In this document: one piece after another, positions 45,631-56,722 of the stretch
Numbering within the stretch: position 1 is the first letter of the stretch
Layout: every line of letters starts with the position of its first letter
Assembly (NCBI RefSeq): GCF_003790525.1
Contig: NZ_CP033635.1
Reading direction: 5' to 3' (one strand)
Length of the DNA stretch: 64,000 nt
Origin: Escherichia coli
GTDB lineage: Bacteria > Pseudomonadota > Gammaproteobacteria > Enterobacterales > Enterobacteriaceae
Position numbers and translations under genes: made by a program
Notes under the pieces: generated by a model
Database searches by the model: none
Told to the model about the DNA's origin: nothing
Seen by the model: only the letters and a program-made list of their open reading frames with translations

Positions 45631-46377
45631 ATGCATTATGCCGTTGTTGTCATGCTTGAACTGCTTTGCTGTATTCACGCTTACCGTACCGGACAAGAGC
45701 GGTACTGGATTTTTATCATTTTCTGTTTTCCGGTGATTGGCTGCGTGGCGTATTTCGTCATAGTGATGTTGCCTGAAACGGGCGCTGACCGTCACGGGCA
45801 TACTTTGCTGATGCGCCTGCAGGACAAACTCAACCCTGAGCGCCACCTGCGCAAATTAACCGAAGAACTGGCGATTGCCGAGACGAATCAAAACCATTAT
45901 GCGTTGGCTAATGAACTGGTGTGTCTGGGGCGTTATCACGAAGCTGTTCCCCATTATCAGCAGGCGTTAAGCGGGATATTCGTCCATGAAGCGGCAATGA
46001 TGCTAAGCCTGGCGCAGGCGCAGTTTGCCATTCAGGAGTTCGCCGCCTGTCAGCAGACGCTGGAAGATGTGATGCGTTATAACCCCGATTTTCAGTCGGC
46101 AGACGGGCATTTGTTATTTGCCAGAGCGTTAGCCGCACAAGAAAAATACGCTGATGCGGAAAGCGAGTTTGAGGTGTTGATTTCTTATTACTCCGGCCCG
46201 CAGGCGCGTATTTACTATGCGGAAATGTTGGCGAAAATGAGTCGGTTACGTGAAGCCAACGAGCAGTATATTGCTGTGGTTGATACGGCTAAACGTTCAA
46301 AACCACATTATAGAAAACACCACCGGGAATGGATTAAGACCGCCAATGAACGGCTGAAGCAGAGTGTGGTGCAATGA
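45631..46377 (+). CDS. Hypothetical membrane-anchored protein: N-terminal PLDc_N-like two-helix domain plus C-terminal TPR-like helical domain
   Basis: 248-aa ORF; N-terminus VVVMLELLCCIHAYRTGQERYWIFIIFCFPVIGCVAYFVIV resembles the PLD-nuclease N-terminal membrane domain; remainder predicted helical-repeat. Own terminators downstream. Confidence 0.55.
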   Translation: MHYAVVVMLELLCCIHAYRTGQERYWIFIIFCFPVIGCVAYFVIVMLPETGADRHGHTLLMRLQDKLNPERHLRKLTEELAIAETNQNHYALANELVCLGRYHEAVPHYQQALSGIFVHEAAMMLSLAQAQFAIQEFAACQQTLEDVMRYNPDFQSADGHLLFARALAAQEKYADAESEFEVLISYYSGPQARIYYAEMLAKMSRLREANEQYIAVVDTAKRSKPHYRKHHREWIKTANERLKQSVVQ

Positions 46378-46447
46378 AAATCTTCTTTGCCGTTAGACCA
46401 GTGTCGCGGCAATCTTTTGTTAAAATTGAAAAATGTAGCTCTCATCG

Positions 46448-46485
46448 GGCAGCAAAACTGGACGCAGAATTTGCTGCCATTTTTG
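46448..46485 (+). terminator. Rho-independent terminator downstream of the 248-aa ORF
   Basis: Stem GGCAGCAAA / TTTGCTGCC followed by ATTTTTG; a second hairpin GGCGATTA / TAATCGCC + TCTTTT lies at about 46507-46537. Confidence 0.55.
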
Positions 46486-46600
46486 CTCTTCATGGTAAGG
46501 AGTTCTGGCGATTAGCTGGCCGTTAATCGCCTCTTTTCAGTGCATTCTCGGGATATCCGTGCCCCATCTCCCATTTTCCCTCACCCGTACCGTCACCGCC

Positions 46601-46618
46601 TTGTCATCTTTCTGACAC
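46601..46618 (+). promoter_or_regulatory. Pho box (PhoB-binding site) of the ugpB promoter
   Basis: TTGTCATCTTTCTGACAC resembles the two-direct-repeat pho box consensus CTGTCATA(A/T)A(T/A)CTGTCA(C/T), about 120 bp upstream of ugpB. Confidence 0.5.
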
Positions 46619-46736
46619 CTTACTATCTTAAAAATGTAACAAAATAGTTATTTTTCTGTAATTCGAGCATGTCATGTTACCCCGCGAGCATAAAACGCGT
46701 GAATTCGCGCATTCGGTACAACAAGAGAGATAATCA

Positions 46737-48053
46737 ATGAAACCGTTACGTTATACAGCTTCAGCACTGGCGCTCGGACTGGCTTTAATGGCAAATGCGC
46801 AGGCAGCGACGACCATTCCGTTCTGGCATTCTATGGAAGGGGAACTGGGTAAAGAGGTGGATTCTCTGGCCCAACGTTTTAACGCCGAAAACCCGGATTA
46901 CAAAATTGTACCGACCTATAAAGGCAACTACGAACAGAATTTAAGCGCGGGGATTGCCGCATTTCGTACCGGCAACGCTCCGGCTATTTTGCAGGTTTAT
47001 GAAGTTGGCACCGCCACCATGATGGCGTCGAAAGCCATTAAACCGGTATATGACGTGTTTAAAGAGGCGGGGATTCAGTTCGATGAGTCGCAGTTTGTGC
47101 CGACGGTTTCAGGCTACTACTCCGACAGCAAAACTGGGCACTTACTCTCCCAGCCGTTCAACAGCTCGACTCCCGTTCTCTATTACAACAAAGACGCCTT
47201 CAAGAAAGCCGGTTTAGACCCGGAACAGCCGCCGAAAACCTGGCAGGATCTGGCGGACTATGCCGCGAAACTGAAAGCCTCCGGTATGAAGTGCGGCTAC
47301 GCCAGCGGCTGGCAGGGCTGGATCCAACTGGAAAACTTTAGCGCCTGGAACGGTCTGCCGTTTGCCAGCAAAAACAACGGCTTTGACGGCACAGACGCGG
47401 TGCTGGAGTTCAACAAGCCGGAGCAGGTGAAACACATCGCTATGCTCGAAGAGATGAACAAGAAGGGCGATTTCAGCTACGTCGGGCGTAAGGATGAATC
47501 CACCGAGAAGTTCTATAACGGTGATTGCGCGATGACGACCGCCTCTTCCGGTTCTCTTGCCAACATTCGCGAGTACGCCAAATTTAACTATGGCGTAGGC
47601 ATGATGCCTTACGATGCCGATGCGAAAGACGCGCCGCAAAACGCCATTATCGGCGGAGCCAGTCTATGGGTAATGCAGGGTAAAGATAAAGAAACCTACA
47701 CCGGCGTGGCGAAGTTCCTCGACTTCCTCGCAAAGCCAGAAAACGCTGCCGAGTGGCATCAGAAAACCGGCTATCTGCCAATCACTAAAGCGGCGTATGA
47801 CCTGACCCGTGAGCAGGGCTTTTACGAGAAAAACCCAGGAGCGGATATTGCCACGCGTCAGATGCTGAACAAGCCACCGTTGCCGTTCACCAAAGGTTTG
47901 CGTCTGGGCAACATGCCGCAGATCCGCGTGATTGTGGATGAAGAGCTGGAGAGCGTGTGGACCGGTAAGAAGACACCACAGCAGGCGCTGGATACTGCCG
48001 TTGAGCGTGGGAACCAGTTACTGCGCCGCTTTGAGAAATCGACGAAGTCTTAA
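46737..48053 (+). CDS. ugpB: Periplasmic sn-glycerol-3-phosphate-binding protein UgpB
   Basis: 438-aa ORF with signal peptide. Confidence 0.95.
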   Translation: MKPLRYTASALALGLALMANAQAATTIPFWHSMEGELGKEVDSLAQRFNAENPDYKIVPTYKGNYEQNLSAGIAAFRTGNAPAILQVYEVGTATMMASKAIKPVYDVFKEAGIQFDESQFVPTVSGYYSDSKTGHLLSQPFNSSTPVLYYNKDAFKKAGLDPEQPPKTWQDLADYAAKLKASGMKCGYASGWQGWIQLENFSAWNGLPFASKNNGFDGTDAVLEFNKPEQVKHIAMLEEMNKKGDFSYVGRKDESTEKFYNGDCAMTTASSGSLANIREYAKFNYGVGMMPYDADAKDAPQNAIIGGASLWVMQGKDKETYTGVAKFLDFLAKPENAAEWHQKTGYLPITKAAYDLTREQGFYEKNPGADIATRQMLNKPPLPFTKGLRLGNMPQIRVIVDEELESVWTGKKTPQQALDTAVERGNQLLRRFEKSTKS

Positions 48054-48061
48054 TCAGTGTA

Positions 48062-48130
48062 ATGTCGGATGCGTTTCGCTTATCTGACCTGGCATCGCGT
48101 GTAGGCCGGATAAGCGAAGCGCATCCGGCA
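48062..48130. repeat. REP/BIME element between ugpB and ugpA
   Basis: Inverted REP-type units (TGTCGGATGCGTTTCGCTTATCTGACC ... GTGTAGGCCGGATAAGCGAAGCGCATCCGGCA). Confidence 0.65.
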
Positions 48131-48150
48131 CAGTTCAGGAATTAACTGTA

Positions 48151-49038
48151 ATGTCATCATCCCGTCCGGTGTTCCGCTCGCGCTGGCTGCCTTATCTGCT
48201 GGTCGCGCCGCAGCTCATCATCACCGTTATCTTTTTTATCTGGCCTGCGGGCGAAGCGTTGTGGTACTCGCTGCAAAGTGTCGATCCATTTGGTTTCTCC
48301 AGCCAGTTTGTCGGCCTGGATAACTTCGTCACGCTGTTTCACGACAGCTACTATCTCGACGCCTTCTGGACGACGATAAAATTCAGCACCTTTGTCACCG
48401 TCAGCGGTTTGCTGGTGTCACTGTTCTTCGCGGCGTTGGTGGAGTACATCGTGCGCGGCAGCCGTTTCTATCAAACCTTAATGCTGCTGCCGTATGCCGT
48501 GGCTCCCGCCGTTGCCGCCGTATTATGGATCTTCCTGTTTAACCCCGGTCGCGGGCTGATCACCCATTTTCTCGCTGAGTTCGGCTACGACTGGAACCAC
48601 GCGCAAAACAGCGGTCAGGCGATGTTCCTGGTGGTGTTTGCCTCAGTGTGGAAGCAAATCAGCTACAACTTTCTGTTCTTCTATGCCGCGCTGCAATCCA
48701 TCCCCCGTTCGTTGATCGAAGCCGCAGCCATTGATGGGGCTGGCCCGATTCGCCGCTTCTTTAAGATTGCGCTGCCGCTTATCGCTCCGGTGAGTTTCTT
48801 CCTGCTGGTGGTGAACCTGGTGTATGCCTTCTTCGACACCTTCCCGGTGATCGACGCCGCCACGTCCGGCGGGCCAGTACAGGCCACCACGACGCTGATT
48901 TATAAGATCTACCGTGAAGGCTTTACCGGACTGGATTTGGCTTCGTCTGCCGCGCAGTCGGTGGTGTTGATGTTCCTCGTCATCGTGCTGACGGTGGTGC
49001 AGTTCCGCTATGTTGAAAGCAAGGTACGTTACCAATGA
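48151..49038 (+). CDS. ugpA: G3P ABC transporter permease UgpA
   Basis: 295-aa polytopic ORF. Confidence 0.9.
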
Positions 49039-49880
49039 TTGAGAACCGTCCGTGGCTGACAATATTCAGCCATACCATGCTGATCCTCGGGATCGCGGTG
49101 ATCCTCTTCCCGCTGTACGTGGCGTTTGTCGCGGCGACACTGGATAAACAAGAAGTCTATGCCGCGCCGATGACGCTAATCCCCGGCACACATCTGCTGG
49201 AAAACATCCACAACATCTGGGTAAACGGGGTAGGCACGAATAGTGCGCCGTTCTGGCGGATGTTGCTTAACAGCTTCGTGATGGCGTTCAGCATTACGCT
49301 CGGCAAAATTACCGTCTCGATGCTCTCGGCATTTGCCATTGTCTGGTTTCGTTTTCCGCTACGTAACCTCTTCTTCTGGATGATTTTTATCACCCTGATG
49401 CTGCCGGTTGAAGTGCGTATCTTCCCGACGGTGGAAGTCATCGCTAACCTGAAAATGCTCGACAGCTACGCAGGTTTAACGCTGCCGCTGATGGCCTCGG
49501 CGACCGCGACCTTCCTGTTCCGCCAGTTCTTTATGACGCTGCCGGATGAGCTGGTGGAAGCGGCGCGGATCGACGGTGCGTCACCAATGCGTTTCTTTTG
49601 CGACATCGTTTTTCCGCTGTCCAAAACTAATCTGGCGGCGCTGTTTGTGATCACCTTTATTTACGGCTGGAACCAGTATTTGTGGCCGTTGTTGATTATT
49701 ACCGATGTGGATCTCGGCACCACCGTAGCAGGGATTAAAGGGATGATCGCCACAGGCGAAGGCACCACGGAATGGAACTCGGTGATGGCGGCGATGTTGT
49801 TAACCCTGATCCCACCAGTAGTGATTGTTTTAGTGATGCAGCGTGCCTTCGTGCGCGGCCTGGTCGATAGTGAGAAATAA
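49035..49880 (+). CDS. ugpE: G3P ABC transporter permease UgpE
   Basis: 281-aa polytopic ORF; overlaps ugpA stop. Confidence 0.9.
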
Positions 49881-49881
49881 G

Positions 49882-50952
49882 ATGGCAGGACTGAAATTAC
49901 AGGCAGTAACCAAAAGCTGGGATGGCAAAACCCAGGTCATTAAACCGCTGACCCTTGATGTGGCGGATGGCGAATTTATCGTGATGGTCGGGCCGTCTGG
50001 CTGCGGGAAATCGACGTTATTGCGAATGGTGGCCGGACTGGAGCGGGTAACGACGGGCGATATCTGGATCGACCGCAAGCGTGTCACCGAAATGGAGCCG
50101 AAAGATCGCGGAATTGCGATGGTGTTCCAGAACTACGCGCTCTATCCGCATATGAGCGTAGAGGAGAACATGGCGTGGGGGCTGAAAATTCGCGGCATGG
50201 GCAAGCAACAAATTGCCGAACGTGTTAAAGAAGCGGCGCGCATTCTGGAGCTGGACGGCCTGCTTAAGCGCCGCCCGCGTGAGCTATCTGGCGGTCAGCG
50301 TCAGCGTGTGGCGATGGGGCGTGCGATTGTGCGTGAGCCGGCAGTGTTCCTGTTTGATGAGCCGCTCTCTAACCTCGATGCCAAGCTGCGTGTGCAGATG
50401 CGTCTTGAACTGCAACAGCTGCACCGTCGCCTGAAAACGACTTCACTCTACGTTACCCACGATCAGGTTGAGGCGATGACGCTCGCCCAGCGAGTAATGG
50501 TGATGAACGGCGGCGTTGCCGAACAGATTGGCACGCCAGTGGAAGTCTACGAAAAGCCCGCCAGCCTGTTTGTAGCGAGTTTTATCGGCAGCCCGGCGAT
50601 GAACCTACTGGCTGGCCGCGTGAATAACGAAGGTACGCATTTCGAACTGGATGGTGGTATTACGCTGCCGCTAAACGGTGGCTACCGTCAGTATGCCGGG
50701 CGTAAAATGACCCTCGGCATTCGCCCGGAACATATAGCGCTAAGCTCGCAGGCAGAAGGTGGTGTGCCGCTGGTGATGGACACGCTGGAGATCCTCGGCG
50801 CAGATAACCTGGCGCACGGACGCTGGGGCGAACAGAAGCTGGTGGTGCGACTGGCACATCAGGAGCGCCCGACGGCAGGCAGCACGCTGTGGCTGCATCT
50901 GCCGGAAAATCAGCTACATCTTTTTGATGGTGAAACAGGACAACGAGTATGA
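49882..50952 (+). CDS. ugpC: G3P ABC transporter ATPase UgpC
   Basis: Start taken at ATG 49882 ([15 protein letters not shown]...), 356 aa, Walker [10 protein letters not shown]. Confidence 0.9.
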   Translation: MAGLKLQAVTKSWDGKTQVIKPLTLDVADGEFIVMVGPSGCGKSTLLRMVAGLERVTTGDIWIDRKRVTEMEPKDRGIAMVFQNYALYPHMSVEENMAWGLKIRGMGKQQIAERVKEAARILELDGLLKRRPRELSGGQRQRVAMGRAIVREPAVFLFDEPLSNLDAKLRVQMRLELQQLHRRLKTTSLYVTHDQVEAMTLAQRVMVMNGGVAEQIGTPVEVYEKPASLFVASFIGSPAMNLLAGRVNNEGTHFELDGGITLPLNGGYRQYAGRKMTLGIRPEHIALSSQAEGGVPLVMDTLEILGADNLAHGRWGEQKLVVRLAHQERPTAGSTLWLHLPENQLHLFDGETGQRV

Positions 50953-51692
50953 GTAACTGGCCTTATCCCCGCATCGTCGCCCATCGTGGCGGCGGTAAAC
51001 TGGCCCCGGAGAACACCCTGGCAGCAATCGACGTCGGGGCAAAATACGGTCATAAGATGATCGAATTTGACGCGAAGTTATCGAAAGATGGCGAGATCTT
51101 CCTGCTCCATGACGACAATCTTGAACGCACCAGCAACGGCTGGGGCGTCGCGGGCGATCTGAACTGGCAGGATTTACTGCGCGTGGATGCAGGCAGTTGG
51201 TACAGCAAAGCGTTTAAAGGTGAGCCACTGCCGTTGCTTTCGCAGGTGGCGGAACGTTGTCGCAAACACGGGATGATGGCGAATATCGAAATCAAACCCA
51301 CCACTGGCACCGGGCCATTAACGGGCAAAATGGTGGCGCTGGCGGCACGCGAACTGTGGGCCGGAATGACGCCGCCGCTGCTGTCATCGTTTGAGATTGA
51401 TGCTTTAGACGCCGCGCAACAAGCAGTACCAGAACTGCCGCGCGGTTTATTGCTTGATGAGTGGCGCGACGACTGGCGAGAATTGACCGCGCGACTGGGC
51501 TGCGTCTCTATTCATCTCAATCATAAGTTGCTCGATAAAGCGCGAGTGATGCAGTTGAAAGACGCCGGATTACGGATTCTGGTTTATACCGTCAATAAAC
51601 CCCAGCGCGCGGCAGAGTTGCTGCGCTGGGGCGTGGATTGCATCTGTACCGATGCGATTGATGTGATTGGTCCGAACTTTACGGCCCAATAG
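50949..51692 (+). CDS. ugpQ: Glycerophosphodiester phosphodiesterase UgpQ
   Basis: 247-aa ORF with GDPD-family N-terminus ([10 protein letters not shown]). Confidence 0.9.
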   Translation: MSNWPYPRIVAHRGGGKLAPENTLAAIDVGAKYGHKMIEFDAKLSKDGEIFLLHDDNLERTSNGWGVAGDLNWQDLLRVDAGSWYSKAFKGEPLPLLSQVAERCRKHGMMANIEIKPTTGTGPLTGKMVALAARELWAGMTPPLLSSFEIDALDAAQQAVPELPRGLLLDEWRDDWRELTARLGCVSIHLNHKLLDKARVMQLKDAGLRILVYTVNKPQRAAELLRWGVDCICTDAIDVIGPNFTAQ

Positions 51693-52119
51693 TTTTCAAC
51701 GGTATATCAGGCTGCGGCGTGCCGGGTTGATTCAGCATGTCGCCGTTTCTCCTCTCCGGCAACATATGCTGCTGATTCAACGAACTATCCGGATTACGGT
51801 TGCTGTTTAACATCCCGCCATTGGTGTTGGGCAGCATTTGCTGCCGGGCGGGATTTCGCTCCCCCGGCTGTGACTGCAACACCCGCTGAGAATTATTGTT
51901 TATCTGGTTTTCTAAATGCTGTTGTTGCAACTGAGTTTGCGTTTTCAGTTGCTGATTCAGCATCCCTTTTTGCTGGATTTGCTGCGTTTGCATTTGGGTT
52001 TGCATCCGCTGCTGACTGGGGATCTGATACCCCGGCTGGTTAGGGTTGTTCAGAGTATTAATGGGCTGTGCAAAGCCGACAAACGGCAGGAGTGCCGTTA
52101 GAATCAGAAGTCGTTTCAT
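51679..52119 (-). CDS. yhhA: Gln-rich secreted protein YhhA (DUF2756)
   Basis: 146-aa ORF with signal peptide and Q-rich low-complexity body. Confidence 0.8.
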   Translation of the reverse strand: MKRLLILTALLPFVGFAQPINTLNNPNQPGYQIPSQQRMQTQMQTQQIQQKGMLNQQLKTQTQLQQQHLENQINNNSQRVLQSQPGERNPARQQMLPNTNGGMLNSNRNPDSSLNQQHMLPERRNGDMLNQPGTPQPDIPLKTIGP

Positions 52120-52238
52120 CGCGTATCCTCCTCTGAAGATATTCTTTAAGTTTACTCCTTTCCTGCAATCATCAGGATTAATTCAGAGTTATATACCAGG
52201 CTTAGCTGGGGTTGCCCCTTAATCTCTGGAGAATAACG

Positions 52239-53984
52239 ATGATAAAACCGACGTTTTTACGCCGGGTGGCCATTGCTGCTCTGTTCACAGGAAGTTGTTT
52301 TAGTACGGTAGCCGCGCCACCTGCGCCGTCTCCTGTTTCTTACGGCGTGGAGGAAGATGTCTTTCATCCGGTACGCGCGAAACAGGGGATGGTGGCGTCT
52401 GTCGATGCCACTGCCACCCAAGTGGGGGTAGATATTCTAAAGGAGGGCGGGAATGCCGTTGATGCTGCCGTGGCAGTGGGCTACGCGCTGGCGGTAACGC
52501 ATCCGCAGGCAGGAAATTTGGGCGGTGGTGGTTTTATGCTGATCCGCTCGAAAAATGGCAATACCACCGCTATCGATTTCCGCGAAATGGCACCCGCCAA
52601 AGCGACCCGCGATATGTTCCTTGATGATCAGGGCAACCCGGACAGCAAAAAATCACTCACTTCGCATCTGGCTTCTGGTACGCCCGGTACGGTAGCAGGT
52701 TTCTCGCTGGCGTTGGAGAAGTACGGCACCATGCCGTTGAACAAAGTGGTGCAACCGGCGTTTAAACTGGCACGCGATGGTTTTATCGTTAACGACGCGT
52801 TGGCTGACGATCTCAAAACCTACGGTAGCGAAGTATTGCCGAATCACGAAAACAGCAAGGCTATCTTCTGGAAAGAGGGCGCGCCGCTGAAAAAGGGTGA
52901 CAAGCTGGTGCAGGCGAACCTGGCAAAGAGCCTGGAGATGATTGCCGAAAACGGCCCGGACGAATTCTACAAAGGCACGATAGCGGAACAGATTGCCCAG
53001 GAGATGCAGAAAAACGGTGGCTTGATCACTAAAGAAGATTTAGCGGCGTATAAAGCGGTCGAACGTACACCGATTAGCGGCGAATATCGCGGGTATCAGG
53101 TTTACTCGATGCCACCGCCATCTTCCGGTGGGATTCATATCGTGCAGATCCTCAATATCCTGGAAAACTTCGATATGAAGAAATATGGCTTTGGCAGTGC
53201 CGACGCGATGCAAATCATGGCAGAAGCTGAGAAATACGCCTACGCCGACCGCTCGGAATATCTTGGCGATCCGGATTTTGTCAAAGTACCGTGGCAGGCG
53301 CTGACCAATAAAGCCTATGCCAAATCTATTGCCGATCAAATCGATATCAATAAAGCGAAGCCATCCAGCGAAATTCGCCCCGGCAAGCTTGCGCCTTATG
53401 AGAGTAATCAAACTACCCATTACTCAGTGGTGGATAAAGACGGTAACGCGGTGGCGGTGACCTATACGCTGAACACCACCTTCGGTACGGGCATTGTCGC
53501 GGGCGAGAGCGGTATTCTGCTTAATAACCAGATGGATGATTTCTCCGCCAAACCGGGCGTACCGAACGTTTACGGGCTGGTGGGCGGCGATGCCAACGCC
53601 GTCGGGCCGAATAAACGCCCGCTGTCGTCGATGTCACCAACCATTGTGGTCAAGGATGGTAAAACCTGGCTGGTCACCGGAAGCCCAGGCGGTAGCCGGA
53701 TTATCACCACTGTGCTGCAAATGGTGGTGAATAGCATCGATTATGGAATGAACGTCGCCGAAGCGACCAATGCGCCGCGTTTCCACCATCAGTGGTTGCC
53801 GGACGAGCTGCGTGTCGAAAAAGGGTTTAGCCCGGATACGATCAAGCTGCTGGAAGCAAAAGGTCAGAAAGTGGCGCTGAAAGAGGCGATGGGCAGTACA
53901 CAAAGCATTATGGTTGGGCCGGACGGTGAGCTGTACGGTGCATCCGACCCACGCTCGGTGGATGATTTAACTGCGGGGTATTAA
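52239..53984 (+). CDS. ggt: Gamma-glutamyltranspeptidase Ggt
   Basis: Start taken at ATG 52239 (MIKPTFLRRVAIAAL...), 581 aa; catalytic Thr in TTHYSVVDKDGNAV. Confidence 0.9.
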   Translation: MIKPTFLRRVAIAALFTGSCFSTVAAPPAPSPVSYGVEEDVFHPVRAKQGMVASVDATATQVGVDILKEGGNAVDAAVAVGYALAVTHPQAGNLGGGGFMLIRSKNGNTTAIDFREMAPAKATRDMFLDDQGNPDSKKSLTSHLASGTPGTVAGFSLALEKYGTMPLNKVVQPAFKLARDGFIVNDALADDLKTYGSEVLPNHENSKAIFWKEGAPLKKGDKLVQANLAKSLEMIAENGPDEFYKGTIAEQIAQEMQKNGGLITKEDLAAYKAVERTPISGEYRGYQVYSMPPPSSGGIHIVQILNILENFDMKKYGFGSADAMQIMAEAEKYAYADRSEYLGDPDFVKVPWQALTNKAYAKSIADQIDINKAKPSSEIRPGKLAPYESNQTTHYSVVDKDGNAVAVTYTLNTTFGTGIVAGESGILLNNQMDDFSAKPGVPNVYGLVGGDANAVGPNKRPLSSMSPTIVVKDGKTWLVTGSPGGSRIITTVLQMVVNSIDYGMNVAEATNAPRFHHQWLPDELRVEKGFSPDTIKLLEAKGQKVALKEAMGSTQSIMVGPDGELYGASDPRSVDDLTAGY

Positions 53985-53989
53985 TATCT

Positions 53990-54018
53990 TAAGCCCTCTC
54001 CCGGTAGGTGAGGGCTTA
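53990..54018. terminator. Bidirectional hairpin between convergent ggt and yhhY
   Basis: Stem TAAGCCCTC / GAGGGCTTA with 11-nt loop in a 60-bp intergenic gap. Confidence 0.5.
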
Positions 54019-54044
54019 AATGACAAACGTAGATTGCAAATTCT

Positions 54045-54533
54045 CTATTTCACCCGCGCCATATAATACGCATCGACATATTCACCATTACGCAGCGCGT
54101 ACTTCTTGCCAGTCCCTTCAATCTCAAAGCCAAATTTTTTATAGACCTTAATTGCTGGCGCGTTATCGACGAACACCGTTAGCTCAATACGATCTACCCG
54201 CAACCAGTTGTCGCACATTTCAATCATCTCTCGCATCAGGGCGCTGGCGACGCCGCGGTTCTTCCAACGGGAGTCGACACAGATACCAAAGTCGGCAACA
54301 TGACTGCGGTGTGGGCGTTGTTGCACGTCAATGGTGAGATGGCCTACGACGATTCCATCAATACAGGCGACTAACTGCTTGATGCCGGGGCGAGCGGTGA
54401 GTCGTTCCAGCCACATTTGTTCTGAAGGATGAGGCACCTGTAGCGTGTTGTAATACACCTCCGGCTGGGCGTGAATCTGCCTGATGGCCTCGTAATCGCG
54501 TGTTTCTGCGTGGCGTATTACTATCTCACTCAT
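54045..54533 (-). CDS. yhhY: GNAT-family N-acetyltransferase YhhY
   Basis: Start taken at internal ATG (MSEIVIRHAETRDYEAIRQIH...), 162 aa. Confidence 0.85.
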   Translation of the reverse strand: MSEIVIRHAETRDYEAIRQIHAQPEVYYNTLQVPHPSEQMWLERLTARPGIKQLVACIDGIVVGHLTIDVQQRPHRSHVADFGICVDSRWKNRGVASALMREMIEMCDNWLRVDRIELTVFVDNAPAIKVYKKFGFEIEGTGKKYALRNGEYVDAYYMARVK

Positions 54534-54628
54534 TCCTTTGTCCTCTTTGGGGTAAATGTCCCTTTCAACATCATTGACTTTCAAATGCGAGTCAAATGCA
54601 TTTTTTTGCAAAAAGTGTTGGACAAGTG

Positions 54629-54649
54629 CGAATGAGAATGATTATTATT
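54629..54649 (+). promoter_or_regulatory. Fur box overlapping the ryhB promoter
   Basis: GCGAATGAGAATGATTATTATT resembles the Fur consensus GATAATGATAATCATTATC, immediately upstream of the RyhB 5' end. Confidence 0.6.
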
Positions 54650-54654
54650 GTCTC

Positions 54655-54744
54655 GCGATCAGGAAGACCCTCGCGGAGAACCTGAAAGCACGACATTGCT
54701 CACATTGCTTCCAGTATTACTTAGCCAGCCGGGTGCTGGCTTTT
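54655..54744 (+). ncRNA. ryhB: Fur-regulated iron-sparing small RNA RyhB
   Basis: Sequence GCGATCAGGAAGACCCTCGCGGAGAACCTGAAAGCACGACATTGCTCACATTGCTTCCAGTATTACTTAGCCAGCCGGGTGCTGGCTTTT recognised as RyhB, ending in its terminator hairpin GCCAGC-CGGGT-GCTGGC + T9; sits in the yhhY/yhhX intergenic region. Confidence 0.9.
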
Positions 54745-54866
54745 TTTTTGACCTTTCGTTCTCAATTTATCCTCGGGAAGTGCTTGTGTTCGTTATGCGC
54801 ACTCCAGTAGGAACCACGTCCGCTTTGCGCTAAGGTGTAAATAACCACCTTAAAAAGGACGAAATC

Positions 54867-55904
54867 ATGGTCATTAACTGCGCCTTTATTGGCTTCGGCA
54901 AAAGCACCACCCGTTACCATCTGCCGTATGTACTTAACCGCAAGGATAGCTGGCATGTCGCGCATATTTTTCGCCGCCATGCGAAGCCGGAAGAACAGGC
55001 CCCCATTTATTCCCATATCCATTTCACCAGCGATCTCGACGAAGTGCTAAACGATCCCGATGTTAAGCTGGTTGTCGTCTGCACCCACGCGGACAGCCAC
55101 TTCGAGTACGCGAAGCGCGCGCTGGAAGCCGGGAAAAATGTGCTGGTCGAAAAACCGTTCACTCCGACAATTGCGCAGGCGAAAGAGCTGTTTGCACTGG
55201 CGAAAAGCAAAGGGCTGATCGTTACGCCGTATCAGAATCGTCGCTTTGATTCCTGTTTCCTGACAGCGAAAAAAGCGATTGAAAGCGGCAAGCTGGGAGA
55301 GATTGTCGAAGTGGAAAGCCATTTTGACTATTACCGCCCGGTGGCAGAAACCAAACCTGGGCTGCCGCAGGATGGCGCGTTCTATGGCCTTGGTGTGCAT
55401 ACGATGGACCAGATTATTTCTCTGTTCGGTCGCCCGGATCACGTCGCTTATGACATCCGCAGCCTGCGTAATAAAGCCAATCCGGACGACACCTTTGAAG
55501 CGCAGCTGTTTTATGGCGATCTAAAAGCCATCGTCAAAACCAGCCATCTGGTGAAAATCGATTATCCGAAATTTATCGTTCACGGTAAGAAAGGTTCGTT
55601 TATTAAATACGGTATCGACCAGCAGGAAACCAGCCTGAAGGCTAATATTATGCCGGGCGAACCGGGATTCGCAGCGGATGATTCGGTCGGTGTGCTGGAG
55701 TATGTCAATGACGAGGGTGTGACGGTCAGAAAAGAGATGAAGCCGGAGGTGGGCGATTACGGGCGCGTTTATGATGCGTTGTATCAAACCATCACCAACG
55801 GTGCGCCAAATTACGTCAAGGAATCTGAAGTTCTTACCAATTTGGAAATCCTTGAACGCGGTTTTGAGCAAGCCTCTCCCTCCACAGTGACTCTCGCGAA
55901 GTAA
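54867..55904 (+). CDS. yhhX: Gfo/Idh/MocA-family NAD(P)-dependent oxidoreductase YhhX
   Basis: 345-aa ORF with N-terminal Rossmann motif AFIGFGKS. Confidence 0.9.
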   Translation: MVINCAFIGFGKSTTRYHLPYVLNRKDSWHVAHIFRRHAKPEEQAPIYSHIHFTSDLDEVLNDPDVKLVVVCTHADSHFEYAKRALEAGKNVLVEKPFTPTIAQAKELFALAKSKGLIVTPYQNRRFDSCFLTAKKAIESGKLGEIVEVESHFDYYRPVAETKPGLPQDGAFYGLGVHTMDQIISLFGRPDHVAYDIRSLRNKANPDDTFEAQLFYGDLKAIVKTSHLVKIDYPKFIVHGKKGSFIKYGIDQQETSLKANIMPGEPGFAADDSVGVLEYVNDEGVTVRKEMKPEVGDYGRVYDALYQTITNGAPNYVKESEVLTNLEILERGFEQASPSTVTLAK

Positions 55905-56026
55905 GTTTGATGGCCCCTCGAATAGTTCAATTTTTTTGAACAGAGGGGTCAATTTTCACCCTCTATCATCCCAGGCAGATCGGGTCCACACTAAGCCCAT
56001 CGAAAACATTCAGGGGGCGAATACAA

Positions 56027-56722
56027 ATGATCTACTTACGCAAAGCAAATGAACGTGGTCATGCAAATCATGGCTGGCTGGATTCCTGGCATACTTTCTC
56101 TTTTGCCAACTATTACGATCCGAACTTTATGGGCTTCTCCGCGCTGCGCGTGATTAACGACGACGTGATTGAAGCAGGGCAGGGCTTTGGCACTCACCCG
56201 CATAAAGATATGGAAATTTTGACCTACGTGCTGGAAGGTACTGTTGAGCACCAGGACAGCATGGGCAATAAAGAGCAGGTTCCGGCGGGTGAGTTCCAGA
56301 TTATGAGTGCGGGTACGGGTATCCGTCACTCTGAGTACAACCCAAGCAGCACCGAGCGTCTGCATCTGTATCAGATCTGGATCATGCCTGAAGAAAACGG
56401 CATTACGCCGCGTTATGAACAGCGTCGCTTCGATGCCGTACAGGGCAAACAGCTGGTGCTCTCGCCGGATGCGCGAGATGGTTCGCTGAAAGTGCATCAG
56501 GATATGGAACTGTATCGTTGGGCATTGCTGAAAGATGAGCAGTCGGTGCATCAGATTGCCGCTGAACGCCGCGTCTGGATCCAGGTGGTGAAAGGCAATG
56601 TCACCATTAACGGCGTGAAAGCCTCGACCAGCGATGGTCTGGCAATCTGGGATGAGCAGGCAATCTCCATTCATGCGGATAGCGACAGCGAAGTGTTACT
56701 GTTCGATCTGCCGCCGGTTTAA
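56027..56722 (+). CDS. yhhW: Pirin-like quercetin 2,3-dioxygenase YhhW
   Basis: 231-aa cupin ORF with metal-binding His cluster (GFGTHPHKDMEI). Confidence 0.9.
   Translation: MIYLRKANERGHANHGWLDSWHTFSFANYYDPNFMGFSALRVINDDVIEAGQGFGTHPHKDMEILTYVLEGTVEHQDSMGNKEQVPAGEFQIMSAGTGIRHSEYNPSSTERLHLYQIWIMPEENGITPRYEQRRFDAVQGKQLVLSPDARDGSLKVHQDMELYRWALLKDEQSVHQIAAERRVWIQVVKGNVTINGVKASTSDGLAIWDEQAISIHADSDSEVLLFDLPPV

Noticed and set aside
51679-52119. Gln-rich repetitive stretch considered as a repeat or mobile element
   Set aside because: It is the coding low-complexity region of secreted YhhA, in frame with a signal peptide.
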